Positions 59,586 to 64,000 of a stretch of 64,000 nucleotides of DNA are shown piece by piece (position 1 is the first letter of the stretch; each line of letters starts with the position of its first letter). This DNA is from a virus, in IMG/VR virus record IMGVR_UViG_3300031952_000008, positions 30,281 to 94,280 of that record; one strand, written 5' to 3'. Under the pieces are notes generated by a model that saw only the letters and a program-made list of their open reading frames with translations, was not told the DNA's origin and did not search any database. The translations under genes and the position numbers were made by a program.

Positions 59586-59810
59586 ATGGAATTTAAAGTT
59601 GGAGATAAAGTTAAAGTAGTTCACATGCCAAGCGAGTGTGATGGAGGCTTTCCTAAAGAAATGTTGGGTAAAATTGTAACAATAGATGATGTTTGGTTAG
59701 ATTTACTTGGTGTTATTTATACAATTAATAAAAATAGGTGGTGTTCTAATTTTATAGAATCCGATTTAGAACATATAAGAAAGAACTTAATGGATTTGGA
59801 AGTGAAATAA
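59586..59810 (+). CDS. LMDL-tail family protein 14
   Basis: FKVGDKVKV; ends KNLMDLEVK. Confidence 0.72.
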   Translation: MEFKVGDKVKVVHMPSECDGGFPKEMLGKIVTIDDVWLDLLGVIYTINKNRWCSNFIESDLEHIRKNLMDLEVK

Positions 59811-59812
59811 AA

Positions 59813-60028
59813 ATGTTTAAAAAAGGAGATAAGGTCACTTTAAAAGACGGAACAGAATTTAAGCACCAACAAGGAACTGCTAAGTTTGGAACTATCTTAA
59901 ATGATGAATCCCTCACAATGTGGATTAAAGTAAGATGGGGAAAAGGATGTGAAAGGAGAGAAGATGTTTATCCTATTAAAGATTTGTTACTTTTAAAACC
60001 TCAAAAGTTAATGGATTTAGTATTTTAG
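59813..60028 (+). CDS. LMDL-tail family protein 15
   Basis: FKKGDKV; ends QKLMDLVF. Confidence 0.72.
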   Translation: MFKKGDKVTLKDGTEFKHQQGTAKFGTILNDESLTMWIKVRWGKGCERREDVYPIKDLLLLKPQKLMDLVF

Positions 60029-60090
60029 ATAAGTTTAAATACCAGAACATTCATAATAATTATTGAAAGAAACACTTTCGGAGTTGCGTT

Positions 60091-60957
60091 ATGGAAACAT
60101 TAAGTAAGGTAGATGATATAATGTATTTATCACCCAGCAGTATTAACGACTATTTTCGTTGCCCCTATTTTTTCTTTAAAAGCCATATAGAAAAGGTTCC
60201 TATCAAAAAGACCATTCACTTAGTTAAAGGAACCGTTGTTCATAATTCATTAGAGAAATGGTTTATGGAATACACGGATGACTTAGTTAAAGGAATGGAA
60301 GATATTTTTAATAGAGAGTGGGAAATCAATCCTGAACTTAAAGACCTTAAACTTCCTGATGAAGAATTGGTTATGCATAAAAAGGATGCTTGGAATATTG
60401 TTACTAAATTTGTAACAAGACACCTTGATAAAATAGAGGGTATTATTGATGCTGGTAAGGCTGAGAATTATAGACACGCTTGGTATCTTTTAAGACCTAA
60501 ACTTAACGAGGTTAAACTAGAAGTTCCCGAAATGAAAGTTAGGGGTAAAGCAGATAGGGTTTATGAAAACTTTGATGGATTAGTAACTCTTGGAGATTAC
60601 AAAACCAGTAATAGGTATGGTATCGGAATTACTGAAGACCAAAGGCGACAAATAGCCATTTATGCTCTTATGTATCTGGAACAAGAAAAGAAACCTTTAC
60701 ATTTCGTGTCCATAATCTTCCTTAGATTTGGAGAGGAACCAATGTTAGAAGTAACACCTGACCTTATTAAGTTTGGAAGAGATACGGTATTATATGTAAG
60801 GGAGAAAACAATGAGTAGGAACATTGATGACTATCCTAAGAAACTTAGTTCTAATTGCCAGAATTGTGCTCTTTTAGAACTTTGTAGTGGGGCGGAAGAA
60901 TTCGTATCTAAACTTAGGAAGGAAAAGTTTAAAAAGTTAGCGGAGAAACTTAAATGA
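60091..60957 (+). CDS. Cas4-like / RecB-family PD-(D/E)XK exonuclease
   Basis: LSPSSI...CP, GTVVH, RGKADR, GDYKT, QIAIYA and C-x2-C-x4-C. Confidence 0.9.
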   Translation: METLSKVDDIMYLSPSSINDYFRCPYFFFKSHIEKVPIKKTIHLVKGTVVHNSLEKWFMEYTDDLVKGMEDIFNREWEINPELKDLKLPDEELVMHKKDAWNIVTKFVTRHLDKIEGIIDAGKAENYRHAWYLLRPKLNEVKLEVPEMKVRGKADRVYENFDGLVTLGDYKTSNRYGIGITEDQRRQIAIYALMYLEQEKKPLHFVSIIFLRFGEEPMLEVTPDLIKFGRDTVLYVREKTMSRNIDDYPKKLSSNCQNCALLELCSGAEEFVSKLRKEKFKKLAEKLK

Positions 60958-61178
60958 AAAAGGAAGATTTCAAGGTTGGAATGAAGATAGAACTATTCTC
61001 TAAAATAGGTGAGAAACATTGTTCTGGCTTAAATCTTGGAGAAGTTTATACGGTTAATAATATAGAAGATAAACGGGTATATATAATATCTTCCTACGAA
61101 GAACACTTAACCATTTGGAACTGTTGTTTTAGATACGTTAAAAAGGTAAAATCTACATTGATGGATTTGAAAATATGA
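60954..61178 (+). CDS. LMDL-tail family protein 16
   Basis: FKVGMKI; ends STLMDLKI. Confidence 0.72.
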   Translation: MKKEDFKVGMKIELFSKIGEKHCSGLNLGEVYTVNNIEDKRVYIISSYEEHLTIWNCCFRYVKKVKSTLMDLKI

Positions 61179-61399
61179 ACGAAAAAGAACGGGAACAATT
61201 TCCTAGTGGAATCGTTACTATGATTCTTAATAGGAACTTTAATGATTGTAAAAAGGGAGATAAAGTTGATATGTTTAAACTTCCATACACTAATGAGTTT
61301 TGGGTACAAAATTCAAAAAAAGAAACATTTAAAGTATATGGTAAAGATTATCAATGGTTTGATTATCCCAAAAAAACTTTGATGGATTTACAATGGTGA
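61175..61399 (+). CDS. LMDL-tail family protein 17
   Basis: KKGDKV; ends KTLMDLQW. Confidence 0.72.
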   Translation: MNEKEREQFPSGIVTMILNRNFNDCKKGDKVDMFKLPYTNEFWVQNSKKETFKVYGKDYQWFDYPKKTLMDLQW

Positions 61400-61644
61400 A
61401 ATGGAAAGAGATTAGAAAAGGTATGAAACTTAGATTAATGAAAAGACCAAGAACGCATCCGGAGAATGGTTATAACCCTTTAGAAATTGGAGATATTGTA
61501 ACGGTAACTAAAAAAAATAAGGAAGGATACTGGGACATAGTAAATGATAAATATGATGTTGTTTTTGGGTTATCTAACGATAAAGATTGGTTAGCGGTTT
61601 GGGAACTTGTTTATCCCAAGTGTTTGATGGATTTAAAAATGTAA
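61393..61644 (+). CDS. LMDL-tail family protein 18
   Basis: IRKGMKLRL; ends PKCLMDLKM. Confidence 0.72.
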   Translation: MVKWKEIRKGMKLRLMKRPRTHPENGYNPLEIGDIVTVTKKNKEGYWDIVNDKYDVVFGLSNDKDWLAVWELVYPKCLMDLKM

Positions 61645-61655
61645 AGGTGTTACGA

Positions 61656-61913
61656 ATGGTAGATATTGAAGTATTGAAAGAATTTATTAAGTTAAAATTA
61701 AAAGAAATAGGAATATTATTATGTTTTATCATAGGTATAATTGGGTTATGTCTTATTACGGCATTCTTAATACATATTATACCACAATTTTGGTTAACAA
61801 TACTAAAATATTTTGTAGTAATAATATTTATTTTAATGATATTGGTTAGTTTGGTTGTTTGGTTAAAAGATAATTGGGACCAAGCACAGATGAATATTTA
61901 TTTAAGAAGGTGA
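61656..61913 (+). CDS. Two-TM membrane protein
   Basis: Two hydrophobic helices. Confidence 0.6.
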   Translation: MVDIEVLKEFIKLKLKEIGILLCFIIGIIGLCLITAFLIHIIPQFWLTILKYFVVIIFILMILVSLVVWLKDNWDQAQMNIYLRR

Positions 61914-62074
61914 AATCATGGCAAAACTTAAAAAGGTTTGTATAGTAAATTTAGATGGAGATAGTATTATAACAGATATGGTTAATAGAGAAAGGCTTAT
62001 AGCATTATTATCTCCACACTTTGATTTGGCTGACGAAGGAGATAGAATTGAAGTTTTTGAAAGAGGTGAACAAA

Positions 62075-62380
62075 ATGGATGATATACTTTTTAAAGGACT
62101 AAAAGTGGGAATTAAGAAGGGAGAACCTAACTACATTCCTCCTTCAATACCTTTATCTACAAAAATATGTTCTAATTGTGGCGGAGTTATGGAACTTAGA
62201 CCATTAGATTGTTATTGGATAAAAGGAGAAGAAGGATATTATATCGTGGGTAGAAATTCTAAGAATGAATTATTCCTCAAAAGTGAGATGGTTAATAAAC
62301 TTCTTTATGGTTGTAAAACTTGTACCTTTGCTGAAACCGTTAATGTAAAGCCTATGGAAGAAGAGATAGTGGTGGTTTAA
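62075..62380 (+). CDS. Zinc-ribbon protein
   Basis: CSNC...CKTC; GAGGTGA RBS. Confidence 0.6.
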   Translation: MDDILFKGLKVGIKKGEPNYIPPSIPLSTKICSNCGGVMELRPLDCYWIKGEEGYYIVGRNSKNELFLKSEMVNKLLYGCKTCTFAETVNVKPMEEEIVVV

Positions 62381-62488
62381 AACGAAACCCAATTATAAAA
62401 AAGGATACTTTATATTAATGGAGTATTGGGATAGTTTACCAGATGAACAAAAGGAAGATATACATAAAGAATTAGTAGAGTGTGGGTT

Positions 62489-62701
62489 ATGAAATGTCTT
62501 TGTATAAAAGATGGGTTTACAGATGGTGGTAAACAATTTGCTTATAAGGGAAAGAGTTATGAATATATTGGTGAAGGAACACATATGCAACTTAAGACCG
62601 AAGGCATGGATGATTTTAAACATTATATTGGAGATATGAAATGGTTTAATAAATATTTTACTTTAGCCCCTAAAAATTTAATGGATTTGGTAATGATATG
62701 A
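62489..62701 (+). CDS. LMDL-tail family protein 19
   Basis: Ends PKNLMDLVMI. Confidence 0.7.
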   Translation: MKCLCIKDGFTDGGKQFAYKGKSYEYIGEGTHMQLKTEGMDDFKHYIGDMKWFNKYFTLAPKNLMDLVMI

Positions 62702-62961
62702 AAAAACTTAAAGTTGGAATGGTTTGTAAGTATAGAAACATAATGACAATGTTTCCTACCGAAATATGGAGAAAAAAGATTTTAAAGGTCAAAATTGTAG
62801 AAATCAAAGATAGAGAATATACTATCCAATTCTTACATTATCCTGATATTGGTCATGGTACGAGAGAACAAGATGGTGTACAATTTAAAGGTTACTGGTT
62901 TGTTCAGAAAGAGGACTTAGAATATTTGGGTCCAAGTTGTTTGATGGATTTGAAAATATGA
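62698..62961 (+). CDS. LMDL-tail family protein 20
   Basis: LKVGMV; ends SCLMDLKI. Confidence 0.72.
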   Translation: MKKLKVGMVCKYRNIMTMFPTEIWRKKILKVKIVEIKDREYTIQFLHYPDIGHGTREQDGVQFKGYWFVQKEDLEYLGPSCLMDLKI

Positions 62962-63123
62962 TAATCGAAACTTATTATTGTAGTAAGAAAAAAATGTATA
63001 TATGTAAATGTGGGGACTTAGATGTCCCTTGTGAACACTTTAAAGAGGGTAAATGCTTATACGCTGAGGGGTCGGTCGAGGGTTCGGCTGGCCCTTCTTC
63101 AAAGGTTTCGGAGGAAGTAAAAG

Positions 63124-63519
63124 ATGAGGAAATTAAAATTTAGGTGTTGGAATAGAAGTTGTAAAAGAATGTATTATCCAGACTTATTGATATTAAGAGA
63201 TTTAAAAGGTAAAGAAAGAATTGAAACACTTGGGTTGATAAGTAATCATCCTACAGAACCAATTATGCAATATACGGGATTAAAAGATAAAAATGCTAAA
63301 GAAATTTATGAAGGGGATATTGTTGAAGTTAGTGAATTTATCAAAGAGCATAAATTAACAAGAAAAATATATGAAGTTATTGAATGGATTACACCAAATT
63401 TTTGGAGAGTTACATTAGATAAAGAAATGCCAGAACACGCTAAGGCACAATATCTTTATGAAGATGAAGAGTATATTATTATAGGTAATATTTATGAAAA
63501 TCCAGAACTATTAAAATGA
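63124..63519 (+). CDS. YopX-family protein
   Basis: MRKLKFRCW, MQYTGLKDKNAKEIYEGDIV and IIGNIYENPELL. Confidence 0.92.
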   Translation: MRKLKFRCWNRSCKRMYYPDLLILRDLKGKERIETLGLISNHPTEPIMQYTGLKDKNAKEIYEGDIVEVSEFIKEHKLTRKIYEVIEWITPNFWRVTLDKEMPEHAKAQYLYEDEEYIIIGNIYENPELLK

Positions 63520-64000
63520 TAAACTTTCCTAACCAATTAAAGAATGGAGATTTCAGGTTTATAAAGATAAGACCAGAATCTAAACTACCCGCTGAAAAGG
63601 GATGGAATAAGACCAAGAATTATCCTTATACTAGCGTTATACTGGCTAAGTATATGGTAGAAGATAACATATATGGTGTAGCAACCGGAACAGGAAATCT
63701 TATAGTATTAGATTGTGACCTTAGATTAATGGAAAGAATTGCCATTGAAAAGTTACCACCAACATTTAAAGTTAGAACTCCAGGAAATGGTTGCCATCTT
63801 TACTATATTTGTCCAGATTTCCCAAAGACTAAATTACTTAAGCATCCTATTATTGAAGATTTAAAAGGTGCCCCTTTACATTTGGGTGAAATTAGAAGTA
63901 TAGGGTCGGAAGTTGTGGGTCCTGGTTCGTTTAATGCTAAAAAAGGAAAGTATTACTTAGTGGAAGACAATATAGAAATTGCCCAGATTAACACCAAACA
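63516..64000 (+). CDS. Bifunctional primase-polymerase (Prim-Pol) N-terminal domain, truncated at window edge
   Basis: Not in the track. K.P..KGW, YGVATG..NLIVLDCD, VRTPGNGCHLYY and EIR..GSEVVGPGS motifs. Confidence 0.88.
   Translation, partial: MINFPNQLKNGDFRFIKIRPESKLPAEKGWNKTKNYPYTSVILAKYMVEDNIYGVATGTGNLIVLDCDLRLMERIAIEKLPPTFKVRTPGNGCHLYYICPDFPKTKLLKHPIIEDLKGAPLHLGEIRSIGSEVVGPGSFNAKKGKYYLVEDNIEIAQINTK

Noticed and set aside
60091-60957. Cas4-like gene as part of a CRISPR-Cas locus
   Set aside because: No other cas genes or repeat-spacer array; stand-alone Cas4-like nucleases are common in archaeal viruses.
6458-62623. Many antisense or alternate-frame ORFs (e.g. 9420, 9968, 11743, 18803, 32284, 44302, 50589, 55106)
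   Set aside because: They overlap well-supported genes, lack RBSs and have compositions typical of reverse-strand shadows.
49247-62961. The LMDL repeat (TTAATGGATTT-like) as a CRISPR repeat or integron attC-type cassette site
   Set aside because: It is only about 12 nt, has no dyad symmetry and irregular spacing, is always in one reading frame, and varies at synonymous positions, so it behaves as a peptide motif. Partial overlap with downstream RBSs (GAGGTGA, GGTGAT) may add some constraint.
1-64000. Stop-codon reassignment as the cause of the many short ORFs
   Set aside because: Long conserved genes are intact under the standard code, and the short ORFs have their own RBSs, overlapping start/stop codons and a shared terminal motif.

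Overview
The window is part of the genome of a tailed dsDNA virus (Caudoviricetes, long non-contractile tail type). Its host is most likely an archaeon: promoters are BRE+TATA (CGAAAGATTTATATA), ribosome-binding sites are GGAGG/GAGGTGA, terminators are oligo-T, there is a DUF2080-like gene, and some proteins have signal peptides and many N-glycosylation sequons. There are four blocks. (1) 1-22.2 kb, minus strand: morphogenesis operon (portal, protease, ChaB, scaffold, major capsid protein, tail proteins, tape measure, large secreted LamG glycoprotein). (2) 22.5-40.6 kb, plus strand: the terminase small and large subunit genes are separated by about 13.6 kb of amino-sugar synthesis, glycosyltransferase and methyltransferase genes. 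(3) 40.7-45.8 kb: a repeat-rich leader or origin-like region with GCCGTG motifs, a duplicated promoter-gene-terminator unit, and about 525 bp with no CC or GG dinucleotide. (4) 46-64 kb: early genes, ending in a Cas4-like nuclease, YopX and a truncated Prim-Pol. The strongest candidate for a new system is in block 4. A virus-encoded ubiquitin-like conjugation pathway (Ubl, E2-like, JAB/JAMM, E1/ThiF and zinc fingers) is interleaved with 20 short, divergent, mostly KOW/SH3-like proteins sharing a C-terminal L-M-D-L motif. This looks like a library of variable target-binding adaptors with one common docking tail, and a structured non-coding RNA region sits just upstream of the Ubl gene. All calls come from reading motifs by eye; no database searches were run.
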